From: Deltaproteobacteria bacterium
Lineage (GTDB): Bacteria; JAMCPX01
Direction of reading: 5' to 3'
NCBI GenBank assembly: GCA_023382265.1
Contig: JAMCPX010000047.1
Coordinates: forward strand, 25,310-89,309
Length of the DNA: 64,000 nt
Below the pieces are notes generated by a model. That model saw only the letters and a list, made by a program, of their open reading frames with translations. It ran no database searches and was not told the origin of the DNA. This document shows positions 9,787 to 19,491 of the stretch, one piece after another; position 1 is the first letter of the stretch, and each line of letters opens with the position of its first letter. A program made the position numbers and the translations under genes.

Positions 9787-10968
9787 TCAGGGACAGGCAT
9801 TTCCCCACCCCAAACTAACATACGCAATCGAGCGATCGCCCTGTAAAGTAACAACCAGATAAGCAGTGCCGTTGTTATTTGTAAAATTAGTTCCGGGTAC
9901 GGTATTTATGGGATATCCTGCCGGTATCACACTCATATCATAAGGTTTTTTGCCAACATACATTTCCCATGCAACTACCCGTCCTGTCCCCTTTATCAGG
10001 GCATCTTCTGAAACAATTGATAAATTCCCTGTATTATATTCACTTACATACGCATACGCACAGTTCGGAGAGAGAACTATCCGCTGGGGGTTGTTAAAGC
10101 TCGCATCTGTAACGGTCCTTGCAACAGAAAGAGAATCAACGTTTATGACCGATATGCTGTTTGAGCCCGAATTTACAACGAATAGCCATTTACCATCAGG
10201 GGTTTGTGACATGCCGTTTGGTGATATTCCTACACCCATGGTCGCTATAATCGTATTGGTTGTTGTAGAGATGACAGACACAGCATTTCCGGATGATTCA
10301 CTTACAAAGATATACCTGCCGAACACATCGGCTGCAAGATGGGCGGGACAGCTAAAGCTCGGATCTGTAATCGTCCGTAGGACGGTGTTTGTTGTTGTAG
10401 ATATCACGGATACAGCGTTTACATCCGTGGCAACATAAAGAGAGCTGCCGTCCGGTGTAACAACAGCATCCCCCATGTTATGAAACGCCGGATCGCTTAT
10501 GTCCGCTATTACCTGTGAGCCGTTGAGTGCCTGTGAAACGGATATGACCGATATACTTAATCCGTCATTATTTATGACATATAATCTATGACCGGCCTGC
10601 CAGAGTGCAATCCCGACGGGATACCCGCCTACCGGGATCGTAACGTTATTGTTGTAGTATCTGTCTATCAATACGCTGTTGTAATCAGCCAGGGTTATGT
10701 ATGCATCCGAGTTGGCTGGAATATTCTGTGTTGCAACCTCAAAAGGAATACGACCCAAGCCTATTGTTATAACATTTGGAAAAGAGCCATAGTCTCCGTA
10801 CGGACAGCCTGCAAAAAAGATCAAAGAAAGAATAAAATATTTTGTTAACCTTGTTATTCTTGAGTTAATCTTTTTCTGAATTAAAGAAAAAACGACAACC
10901 TCCCAACACAGTGCGATTATATTACAAAAGGACAGAATGTCAAGAAGATGAGGGGTAACCCTTGACAT
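9787..10968 (-). CDS. YVTN-family beta-propeller repeat lipoprotein
   Basis: Repeated 'VSVISTTTNT...' ~40-aa units typical of YVTN/40-residue propeller repeats; lipobox 'FFAGC'; true start uncertain (long N-terminal extension in the ORF). Confidence 0.6.
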   Translation of the reverse strand: MSRVTPHLLDILSFCNIIALCWEVVVFSLIQKKINSRITRLTKYFILSLIFFAGCPYGDYGSFPNVITIGLGRIPFEVATQNIPANSDAYITLADYNSVLIDRYYNNNVTIPVGGYPVGIALWQAGHRLYVINNDGLSISVISVSQALNGSQVIADISDPAFHNMGDAVVTPDGSSLYVATDVNAVSVISTTTNTVLRTITDPSFSCPAHLAADVFGRYIFVSESSGNAVSVISTTTNTIIATMGVGISPNGMSQTPDGKWLFVVNSGSNSISVINVDSLSVARTVTDASFNNPQRIVLSPNCAYAYVSEYNTGNLSIVSEDALIKGTGRVVAWEMYVGKKPYDMSVIPAGYPINTVPGTNFTNNNGTAYLVVTLQGDRSIAYVSLGWGNACP

Positions 10969-11105
10969 TGGACAGATTTAAATCATAACCGCACCCAACC
11001 AAAGCATATCCTGGGTATGCTGCCACTGATAGATTTATTTATCCATAGACTTTGTATTTAGCTTTTTATATATTTCATCCGGCAGGGTTATGTTCAGTCT
11101 TATTA

Positions 11106-11305
11106 TACACATTATCTCCTGCATTTATGATTCACATTTTAATATGTATTGTCTTATACAATAGGTGTCTTCTTATCTCTACCCGATAGACCGGAGAGGG
11201 TAGACTCGTGGTGATTTGCTGAAGTCCCTTTCCCTCTCTTCAGTTAGGCATTACATTATGCCTATCTCTTGCATTTGTGATCATGACATTGTATAAGACA
11301 CACCA
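11106..11305. repeat. Direct repeats (~28 bp, ~85% identical) plus near-palindrome ATTGTCTTATACAAT and its reverse copy immediately upstream of fabG
   Basis: TATCTCCTGCATTTATGATTCACATT (11112-) vs TATCTCTTGCATTTGTGATCATGACATT (11262-); palindrome at ~11144 and its reverse complement ATTGTATAAGACA at ~11290. Confidence 0.45.
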
Positions 11306-11307
11306 TT

Positions 11308-12039
11308 ATGGAAGATAAAAAACTGGCATTGGTTACCGGCGGGAGCAGGGGGATCGGCCGCTCGACGTGCATTGAACTGGCACGCGCAGGTTATAACGTC
11401 ATAATAAATTATAAAGTCAATGAAACAGCGGCGCAGGAAACACTGCGTCTGGTGCAAGAGGCAGGCGGGGAGGGTGAAATCTCTCAATTCGATGTTGCAA
11501 ATGCTTCAGCTACTCAGTCAGCCATAGCCGAACTCCTTAAAAAATATAAGGCCATTCATGTCCTCGTAAATAACGCCGGCATTGCCGCAGACTCACTTTT
11601 TGCGATGATGCCTCAGAGGGACTGGCAGTCCGTTATACAGACCTCACTGGACGGTTTTTTCAATGTAACAAAGCCTGTTCTCACGAGTATGTTACGCGTG
11701 AAAAAGGGTTGTTCCGTCGTGACCATATCCTCCGTGTCGGGTATCACCGGTAACCGCGGCCAAACAAACTATTCCGCAGCCAAAGCAGGGTTGATCGGGG
11801 CAAGCAAAGCCCTTTCTCAGGAAGTATCGCGTCTCGGCATAAGAATAAATGTGGTCGCTCCAGGACTGATCGAGACCGAAATGATCAAGAATGCTCCACG
11901 GGACATTATTCTGAAGCTTATTCCCATGGGACGGGTAGGCATGCCCGAGGAAGTGGCAAAGGTTGTGCGTTTCCTTTGCTCGGATGACGCTTCATACATA
12001 ACGGGACAGGTAATCTCGGTAAACGGGGGCATGGTATAA
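11308..12039 (+). CDS. fabG: 3-oxoacyl-ACP reductase (SDR)
   Basis: 'LVTGGSRGIGRS' cofactor motif, 'YSAAKAG' active site, 243 aa. Confidence 0.85.
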   Translation: MEDKKLALVTGGSRGIGRSTCIELARAGYNVIINYKVNETAAQETLRLVQEAGGEGEISQFDVANASATQSAIAELLKKYKAIHVLVNNAGIAADSLFAMMPQRDWQSVIQTSLDGFFNVTKPVLTSMLRVKKGCSVVTISSVSGITGNRGQTNYSAAKAGLIGASKALSQEVSRLGIRINVVAPGLIETEMIKNAPRDIILKLIPMGRVGMPEEVAKVVRFLCSDDASYITGQVISVNGGMV

Positions 12040-12041
12040 CC

Positions 12042-12671
12042 GTGCGGTTCTCTCCTACTGTAAAGCGCGGTGTTCTTGCTGTCGCTGTACTATCTATGAT
12101 ACCGCTTCTGGCGGGATGGGCGGAGAACTGGGAAAGTATCCGTCAGGCTATGGCACATGTCCACACTGTATCCTCCGATTTTGTACAGAAGAAAAATCTT
12201 AAGATTCTCTCTAAACCCCTCATAAGTGAAGGAAGGTTTTATTACCGTGCACCAGGGGATCTCAGGTGGGAATACACATACCCTATAAAAAATATTCTTC
12301 TTGTACACGGGGGCAAAGTGGCCATGTATGTCTGGAATAAAGGTGGTTTTACAAAGGATGAGGGACCCCAGCTTGAGGCAACGCGTATTGTGATGGAACA
12401 GATCGCTTCGTGGCTCAATGGGAATTTTCACGACAACAGGGCATTTATCCCAGAGCTGAAGCATGGAAATCCAACACGGATCGTTCTTATTCCGGCTAAG
12501 AATTATTTAGCGAAATTCATAAAACGTATAACCCTGACCTTGTCGGGTACCCCGGGTGTTATTTCTTCAATCAGGATACTCGAACCTCACGGGTCATCCA
12601 CTGTAATCGGGTTCACTCACATATCTTTGAATGCGCATATATCAGACACAACGTTTGAAAGAATAAAATGA
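12042..12671 (+). CDS. LolA-like outer-membrane lipoprotein carrier family protein
   Basis: Signal peptide; 'F.Q.K.L..P..SEGRFYY...GDLRWEY' pattern typical of LolA/LolA-like. Confidence 0.6.
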   Translation: MRFSPTVKRGVLAVAVLSMIPLLAGWAENWESIRQAMAHVHTVSSDFVQKKNLKILSKPLISEGRFYYRAPGDLRWEYTYPIKNILLVHGGKVAMYVWNKGGFTKDEGPQLEATRIVMEQIASWLNGNFHDNRAFIPELKHGNPTRIVLIPAKNYLAKFIKRITLTLSGTPGVISSIRILEPHGSSTVIGFTHISLNAHISDTTFERIK

Positions 12672-13336
12672 AGTATTTATTGTTGTTGTTCATTGCCCTG
12701 ACAATAACATCGTGCCGCATGTTAACACCTTCGCCGCATGCAATAGTCAGCGACCCTTATCTTAGAGAAAAATGCTTTTCAGCCGGTTCTCCCGGTATAT
12801 TCCGTGTGGTACACGTCATTCATGCCACTATCCGTGGTAAGAGCAGTTCATTCATCGGCATCACCATAGCGGATGTTTCCACGGATCGTATACGTGCCAC
12901 ATTGCTCAGCGTGGAAGGATTGGTCCTTTTGGATGCTGTAGATAAAAAAGGGAGTATCACTATTTATCAAGCGATGCACCCGTTTAACTCAAAGATATTC
13001 GCCCGGGGGTTATTTGATGATATAAAATTCATTTTTTTCCCTCCGCAAGGAAACCTCATAGACGCAAAGGTTAGAGCTGACGGTTCTGTAACGTGCACGT
13101 GGATGGATCAAAACCGTGTATTTGAAAAGCATGCAGGTCCTTCCGGTGAGACTATTGTAAGCGAATATGACTCAGACCACAGGGTAATACGCAGGGTAGA
13201 ACTCTCCCCACCGCTTGTCAAAGGGTTTTACACGCATATCCGTATGGATTCCTATGATTCAGGAGGATATTCTTTATCGTTAGGGCTGCTTGAAGGAGGA
13301 CCGCTTGATCGACTGGATGGATTGTTTTCACCATGA
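12668..13336 (+). CDS. Lipoprotein, hypothetical
   Basis: Lipobox 'LTITSC'; 4-bp overlap with upstream gene (operon). Confidence 0.5.
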   Translation: MKYLLLLFIALTITSCRMLTPSPHAIVSDPYLREKCFSAGSPGIFRVVHVIHATIRGKSSSFIGITIADVSTDRIRATLLSVEGLVLLDAVDKKGSITIYQAMHPFNSKIFARGLFDDIKFIFFPPQGNLIDAKVRADGSVTCTWMDQNRVFEKHAGPSGETIVSEYDSDHRVIRRVELSPPLVKGFYTHIRMDSYDSGGYSLSLGLLEGGPLDRLDGLFSP

Positions 13337-13698
13337 TAGGAAGTAGCAAATCTTTCTATAAAAACCCGTACTACATATTTTGTTAGCGCACGCGCATATT
13401 TGATATTATCCTTTCCCATAAGCAGCATGGAAATACCCCATACCATGAAGGAGAAGCCGTATATCAACGGTGCCCCGATGACGAAGATCAACGGTCTTTT
13501 CAAATATGTTGCTGCTATCCCGGTGGCCAAAACTCCAGGCCATCCAATCACGTAACTTAAACCGAGCAGGGTTAAACCGAGGATAAACTGGAAAGACGGC
13601 GGCTGTTTGAAAAGACTCAAATCCGCTTTAGATGCAACCGCTTCACGGCAGTATGCTGTATGGCTAACCCGGATAGCTATTGTATGAAGAATTGCCAT
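13252..13698 (-). CDS. Small membrane protein, hypothetical
   Basis: Two predicted TM helices; start chosen at internal Met (MAILH) to avoid overlap with the KAS; low-complexity Ser/Pro tail overlaps the lipoprotein gene convergently. Confidence 0.3.
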   Translation of the reverse strand: MAILHTIAIRVSHTAYCREAVASKADLSLFKQPPSFQFILGLTLLGLSYVIGWPGVLATGIAATYLKRPLIFVIGAPLIYGFSFMVWGISMLLMGKDNIKYARALTKYVVRVFIERFATSYHGENNPSSRSSGPPSSSPNDKEYPPES

Positions 13699-13717
13699 AT
13701 CATCGCCTATGCATGTA

Positions 13718-14950
13718 TTACACCTTACGGAAAATGAGGGAGGTATTGATCCCTCCGAATGCAAAATTATTGTTCATGCCTGTGTCAAATTTAAGATCTC
13801 TGGCATCGCCCATCACATGGTTCAGGGGCGGCAGTTGCGGGTCAGGATGTTCGAGGTTTTTCGATGCCGCTATAAAATGCTCGTTCATCATAAGAATAGT
13901 TTCGATGGATTCAAGAGCGCCGCATGCCCCGAGCGTGTGTCCGGTGAATCCTTTGAGTGCACTTACAGGTACGGATGTTCCAAACACCTTGTTCGTTGCG
14001 GTTGCTTCAGCCAGATCACCGGCATCAGTGGCGGTTGCGTGTGCATTGATATGACCGATGTCCAGTGCAGCTAAACCGGCATCCTTAAGTGCGATCTTAA
14101 TCGCACCTGCCATACCTTCTGCACTGGGATTAGTCAGATGAGAGCCGTCGCAATTTGTACCATAACCGACAATCTCGCTGTACATACGTGCTCCTCTGGC
14201 ACGGGCATGTTCATATTCCTCAAGCACAAGGCATCCGGCACCCTCTCCGACAACCAGTCCATCACGATCAATGTCAAAAGGGCGGGGAGTGGAATTTGGC
14301 CGATCGTTATACTTTGTTGACGTTGCCCTCATGATGTCAAATACACCGGCATCCATAAAATGCATCTCCTCCGCACCACCCGCAAGCATGATAAGAGAGC
14401 GGCCTTCCTTTATCGCCTCATATCCAAATCCAACTCCCTGGGATCCTGACACGCACGCTGTGCACGATGCAATAACCGGTCCTTTAGTGTGAAACATCAT
14501 GGCAAGATTGGCTGCACAAGTATGACTCATGAACTGAAGGTAAGTAGATGATTGCATCCCTTTGAGGCTTTTCTTGGCAAATACGTCGGCAATAAAGTCT
14601 TCCATGGCATGGGTACTACCCGCGGTTGACCCGAATGATACCCCGCATGATGGGGATCCGATTTCTTCCTCACGTATACCGGAGTCGGAGATCGCCTCCA
14701 TTGCTGCAACGGCTGCCAGTATGGAAACCCTGCCCATGCTTCGTCTGTAGTTACGAGGTATAATTTTTTCATCCACATCGCCGCACACACCGGCGACCCT
14801 GGTACGCAGATGATCGATATTGTTCCATGCAGGCATTGTACGTATTCCTCCGCGCCCTTTCTGAAGCGATTCCTTCATTTCTTTCAGAGTGTTTCCTATA
14901 GGTGATCTGAACCCGATGCCGGTAACAACAACCCTTCGTCTTTCAGACAT
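13718..14950 (-). CDS. Beta-ketoacyl-ACP synthase (FabF/FabB-type KAS I/II)
   Basis: 410 aa; active-site Cys in 'SCTACVSGSQG', His in 'NAHATATDAGD' and 'GHTLGACG'. Confidence 0.85.
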   Translation of the reverse strand: MSERRRVVVTGIGFRSPIGNTLKEMKESLQKGRGGIRTMPAWNNIDHLRTRVAGVCGDVDEKIIPRNYRRSMGRVSILAAVAAMEAISDSGIREEEIGSPSCGVSFGSTAGSTHAMEDFIADVFAKKSLKGMQSSTYLQFMSHTCAANLAMMFHTKGPVIASCTACVSGSQGVGFGYEAIKEGRSLIMLAGGAEEMHFMDAGVFDIMRATSTKYNDRPNSTPRPFDIDRDGLVVGEGAGCLVLEEYEHARARGARMYSEIVGYGTNCDGSHLTNPSAEGMAGAIKIALKDAGLAALDIGHINAHATATDAGDLAEATATNKVFGTSVPVSALKGFTGHTLGACGALESIETILMMNEHFIAASKNLEHPDPQLPPLNHVMGDARDLKFDTGMNNNFAFGGINTSLIFRKV

Positions 14951-15048
14951 TTTTATTTTTCCCTCGCATTATTATTTCTTAAAGCTTTAAGTAAAAAATG
15001 TTTTTATGTCAATGCTTATATTAAAGTGTAGGTATAGAGATTGGCTAT

Positions 15049-15780
15049 TTAGAATCTTATAGCAGCTATGAAGCTGAGCCCGTTTCCTGAAGGCAGTACA
15101 GAAAACTTTAGGTCAATTGGTGAATGGTCCCCGTCCGTATAATTTCTTTCGTCGAATATTGCCTTGGCAGGTTCTGTCCATATCTGCAGTTCACTTACAG
15201 ATGTCCCAACGGCAAAGGCTATGAGTGCTTGCTGCCAGGATGTACCGCCTGCTTCCTTTATTCTATTCTCGTATCCCTTCCATATTACAACCGCACCTGC
15301 CGCATTAACAAGAATCCCAAGTAAATGCTGAACCCATGATTTCCCGGCCAGTTCAGCTTCGGATGATTTCTTAAGAAGCAGTTCTGCTGCCGCAAGCTTT
15401 TTGGCCCTCTCCCAGGGCGTGTTTTCCGGCATGCTCCTAAGTTCCTCTGCAGCGCTGTTCGCACTAAATGGCAGTATAAGCATACCGGAAAGGCCTATGA
15501 GAGACTCTGCCGCAGATACCCCGCCCGTTATCTGAAGTATCTTGTTGTTAGCGGCAAATGCTACGGTTAAAGGAACTATGGCTGCGCCGGAGTAGAACAC
15601 AACCCAGCCGTTCCACCAGAGCCTTGCAGTGCCGGTCCCGGAATCCAGTGCCTGCTGTATATATTTAATTCTTTCTGAAATTCCATTATCATGGATCGAA
15701 TCGGCATGTGCATTCACTGTTACTATTATCAGGATTAAATTAACAGTCAGGTATTTCATTAACAACTTCATAAATTTCAT
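15049..15780 (-). CDS. Secreted hypothetical protein
   Basis: N-terminal signal peptide, Ala-rich, no recognisable domain. Confidence 0.45.
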   Translation of the reverse strand: MKFMKLLMKYLTVNLILIIVTVNAHADSIHDNGISERIKYIQQALDSGTGTARLWWNGWVVFYSGAAIVPLTVAFAANNKILQITGGVSAAESLIGLSGMLILPFSANSAAEELRSMPENTPWERAKKLAAAELLLKKSSEAELAGKSWVQHLLGILVNAAGAVVIWKGYENRIKEAGGTSWQQALIAFAVGTSVSELQIWTEPAKAIFDERNYTDGDHSPIDLKFSVLPSGNGLSFIAAIRF

Positions 15781-16028
15781 AATAGCATGTTCAGTGTGCG
15801 TACAGAAGAGAAATTTTTGTTAAATGAAAGATGCGTTTGATAAAAGTTAACCGCAGTATTGAACTAAAGAGCGTAAACCCAACTGCTGAGATTATTTGTA
15901 ACCCAACATTGCCTGATTCATCTAATGAAGTTTATGCTGTGCTGCCTTTTTGTGCAAATAACAATATCCGTTCAATTGCATACAATTGACAATGTATTCT
16001 TATTGTATGTAATATATGTCCAAGAAAA

Positions 16029-16982
16029 ATGGCATTAGAAAAGATCTCAAGGTATGAAATAGAAAAAGAAATCGGCCGTGGGGCAATGGGTGTTGTTTAT
16101 CTCGCCTATGATCCTGTCATAAAAAGGAAAATAGCATTAAAAACGATCGATCTTCCTAATTCACTTAATGAAGAAAAAAAAAGGGCAATAACGAAAAGTA
16201 TGCTTACAGAGGTGCGGTCAGCGGGTAGGCTAAATCACCCGAACATTGTAACCATATACGACTATGGTGAGGATGTTATACCTTTTGTTGTAATGGAGTA
16301 CGTGGAAGGTGAATCTCTTGAAATTATAAGAAAAAAGAAATTGCGGTTTAATATTAACGAAATCCATCCAATAATAGACGGGGTAGCCAGAGCCATTGAT
16401 TATGCGCATTCAAAAGATATTATTCACAGGGACATAAAACCCGATAATATTATTCTTACAAAGGATATGTGTCCAAAGGTTACCGATTTTGGTATAGCGA
16501 TGATGCTTGATACATCACCAACGGATGATTCAGCTATAATAGGTTCACCCTCGTATATGTCGCCGGAACAGATCCTCGGCGGAACTGTTGATGGGACGAC
16601 AGATGTTTTTGCACTCGGAATTGTAATATACTATCTCATCACCGGGGAAAAGCCTTTTTCAGGGAATACCGTACATGCTGTTACCTATAAGATTTTGAAT
16701 GAAGAGCCAAAACCTCCGAGCTTTTATAATCCATCTTTAACAATGCACGTGGATGGGGTTTTATTAAAAATACTTTCCAAAAACCCAAAAGAACGTTATC
16801 AGAAAGCACAGGATGCAGTAGATGCATTGGTTAGAGCTGTAACAAAAAAAGAGGATATCACATCGGCATCGCCAAACGAGATCGGCTTACATAAAAGAGA
16901 CTTCTCATCAGAGATTTCCATGGTTGATGCGATTATTAAAGATGCAACAACAAGCATGCGAAAACACCTGAGACATAAATAA
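16029..16982 (+). CDS. Serine/threonine protein kinase
   Basis: 'GRGAMGVVY' P-loop, 'ALK', 'HRDIKPDNIIL', 'DFGIA', 'SPEQ' Hanks motifs. Confidence 0.9.
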   Translation: MALEKISRYEIEKEIGRGAMGVVYLAYDPVIKRKIALKTIDLPNSLNEEKKRAITKSMLTEVRSAGRLNHPNIVTIYDYGEDVIPFVVMEYVEGESLEIIRKKKLRFNINEIHPIIDGVARAIDYAHSKDIIHRDIKPDNIILTKDMCPKVTDFGIAMMLDTSPTDDSAIIGSPSYMSPEQILGGTVDGTTDVFALGIVIYYLITGEKPFSGNTVHAVTYKILNEEPKPPSFYNPSLTMHVDGVLLKILSKNPKERYQKAQDAVDALVRAVTKKEDITSASPNEIGLHKRDFSSEISMVDAIIKDATTSMRKHLRHK

Positions 16983-16998
16983 AAAGAGGTGAAGATAT

Positions 16999-17868
16999 AT
17001 GGAAATAAACTGTCCTTATTGCGGTAATACTTTTACTATTAATAACATGGCAGAGAAAGACATAACATGTCCTTCATGCAATAAAACCATTTATGCCGAC
17101 TCTTTGTCTTCAAACACAATGGTTGGAATAAATACAGGTGGTGAGGAAATGCCGGAAGGCATAAGAGTATCTATAACGATCCTCGAAGGAAATGATACAG
17201 GTAAAACGATTCAAATCGATAAGCCGCTATTTACAATCGGCAGAGAAAATGCGGATCTCGTCCTTAATGATTCAATGGTTTCAAGAAGGCATGCATTTAT
17301 ACAGTTTTACAAAAGAAGGATCGTTATAAAAGATGCAGGCAGTACAAACGGTATATTCGTCGGTTCTGAAAGGGTAACAGAAACAGAGATAAAGCACCTT
17401 GATGAGATCACGATAGGGAACAATAGGCTGCTTATTACAATCTTTCAGGATAATGAAGCAAAACAGGCAGATTCGGCAGGCAGTACGATCTTATTAAAAG
17501 AGGAGGTTTCTACAGAAAGCACAACCAGGATTGAAAAACCGGATGATATGGAATTTAAGCTCCCTTATAAGCAAAAGATTTTTCTTGATTTCATTGAAGG
17601 CTTCAACAAGGACGCATCTTATGAATTTTTTCAGGGAAAGGTCGTTATAGGAAGGACCGATGGCGATTTAACAATAGATGATCCAAACGTATCAAAAAAA
17701 CATGCTGTTATTGAAACATGGTCAAGAGATACGTACTTTATAAGGGATCTCGCAAGTACAAATGGAACATTTGTAAATGGGCAAAGGATAACAAGCACAA
17801 AGCTAAGGAATAATGATGTAATAACGGTTGGTAATACAAAGATGCGGTTAAGAGTGATCAATCTATAA
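16999..17868 (+). CDS. Zinc-ribbon + tandem FHA domain protein
   Basis: N-terminal 'CPYCG...CPSCN' ribbon; two FHA cores ('FTIGRENADLVLNDSMVSRRHA', 'VVIGRTDGDLTIDDPNVSKKHA'); 16-bp downstream of the kinase. Confidence 0.85.
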   Translation: MEINCPYCGNTFTINNMAEKDITCPSCNKTIYADSLSSNTMVGINTGGEEMPEGIRVSITILEGNDTGKTIQIDKPLFTIGRENADLVLNDSMVSRRHAFIQFYKRRIVIKDAGSTNGIFVGSERVTETEIKHLDEITIGNNRLLITIFQDNEAKQADSAGSTILLKEEVSTESTTRIEKPDDMEFKLPYKQKIFLDFIEGFNKDASYEFFQGKVVIGRTDGDLTIDDPNVSKKHAVIETWSRDTYFIRDLASTNGTFVNGQRITSTKLRNNDVITVGNTKMRLRVINL

Positions 17869-17901
17869 AAATAAATAGATTTTTTTAATGGGAGTTCTTT
17901 T

Positions 17902-19128
17902 ATGAATAATCAAGAATTGGTTCATTCACTTGTCGAGACAAACAATACAAAACTGCTTTTAACAGTCCTTGATGGACTCGGAGGCCTGCCTGTTAATGGG
18001 TCAAGTGAGCTTGAAATGGCAAATATTCCAAATCTTAATAAGCTGGCTAACGCATCTGCATGCGGTATGCATATACCGGTTACTTATGGCATCACACCCG
18101 GCAGCGGGCCAGGGCATCTCGGCATTTTTGGTTATGATCCGTTGCAATGGGAGATAGGAAGAGGTGTACTAGAGGCGCTCGGGCTTGGCATACATCTTAC
18201 AGAAAATGACATTGCTATAAGGTGTAATTACGCTCATGTAGAGTATGCCGGACAGAAGATTATTATAAAAGATCGAAGGGCGGGCAGAATACCGACGGAT
18301 GAGAGTAAAAAACTTACAGCACTGCTTCAGGATAAGATACATGAGATTGATGATGTTAAGATAATATTGCTTCCGGGTATGGAGCACAGATTTGCCCTAT
18401 TATTAAGATTTCCTCATGCGATTGAGCATGACGCAGATCTTATAGAAGATACCGATCCTCAAAAAGAAGGACTCGAGCCTATAAGGCCTGTGCCGTCAAA
18501 CCCTCATGCCAAACGCGTTGCAGAGATTGCATTAAAGTTTGTCAATGCGAGTGCATCAATCTTAAAATCGCAGCAAAGAGCAAATTATGTTCTCCTAAGA
18601 GGTTTTTCAGCAGTACCAAAGATACCAAAATTTAATGATGTATACGGCATTAAGTCTGTTTCAATTGCTACATATCCTATGTATCTTGGCATTACAAAAC
18701 TCCTTGGTATGGATACAATAAAAGTAGATGGAGGTATAGAAGACGAGATAAAGGTATTAAAAGATAAGTTTGACAAATATGACTTCTTTTATCTCCATAT
18801 CAAGAAGACGGATTCTTATGGCGAGGACGGCAATTTTGAAGGTAAGAAAAAAGTACTTGAGGAGTTTGATAAAAATCTGCCTGCCATCCTATCTCTTAAA
18901 CCCGATGTTATTGTTATAACCGGGGATCACTCTACCCCTTCTTTGGTAAAAGGGCATAGCTGGCATCCTGTCCCTTTACTTTTGAACAGCAGATTTGTTT
19001 TTGGTAAAACATCGTCTGCATTCACAGAAAGAGAATGCATCAAAGGAGAGCTTGGGATTTTTAATTCGATACATATAATGTCACTTTTACTTGCTAACGG
19101 CATGAGGCTTAAAAAGTTCGGGGCTTGA
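17902..19128 (+). CDS. apgM: Cofactor-independent phosphoglycerate mutase, archaeal type (ApgM family)
   Basis: 408 aa; conserved metal-binding blocks 'ITGDHSTP', 'GHSWHPVP'. Confidence 0.8.
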   Translation: MNNQELVHSLVETNNTKLLLTVLDGLGGLPVNGSSELEMANIPNLNKLANASACGMHIPVTYGITPGSGPGHLGIFGYDPLQWEIGRGVLEALGLGIHLTENDIAIRCNYAHVEYAGQKIIIKDRRAGRIPTDESKKLTALLQDKIHEIDDVKIILLPGMEHRFALLLRFPHAIEHDADLIEDTDPQKEGLEPIRPVPSNPHAKRVAEIALKFVNASASILKSQQRANYVLLRGFSAVPKIPKFNDVYGIKSVSIATYPMYLGITKLLGMDTIKVDGGIEDEIKVLKDKFDKYDFFYLHIKKTDSYGEDGNFEGKKKVLEEFDKNLPAILSLKPDVIVITGDHSTPSLVKGHSWHPVPLLLNSRFVFGKTSSAFTERECIKGELGIFNSIHIMSLLLANGMRLKKFGA

Positions 19129-19491
19129 TTTTAGTGTAGTTTTTTTCACTGTTATTTCACAGTCTGTATAACCATCCCGGGTTTCAGATATTTTAAGCGG
19201 CAGGCGATCTCCTGCGCCTTTTCATGATCACTCTTGATATGGGTTTATGTACGCCGGCAGTAAGATTAGTGAATCGATGAATTCAGATATCAGATAGAAC
19301 AGGAGCAGGGCATGAACGTTCCCGGCATTATATATGCAGCTAAACAGGATATCGTTTGTTCATTGTCTCTAATGCGTTTTCTGGATTAATAAATGTAGTG
19401 GTAAGGTTGATCCACACTTGACATTGTGACAATGCGTGATTATCCATTTTTAGTAAGGTTAATTAACTTCAAAATCTAATTTTATAAGGAT

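Noticed and set aside
13252-13336. 85-bp convergent overlap between the lipoprotein gene (12668..13336) and the small membrane protein gene
   Set aside because: Both stops are fixed; the overlap falls in low-complexity C-termini of both. I kept both at reduced confidence rather than claim an unusual antisense arrangement; one of the two, more likely the 13252..13698 ORF, may be non-coding.
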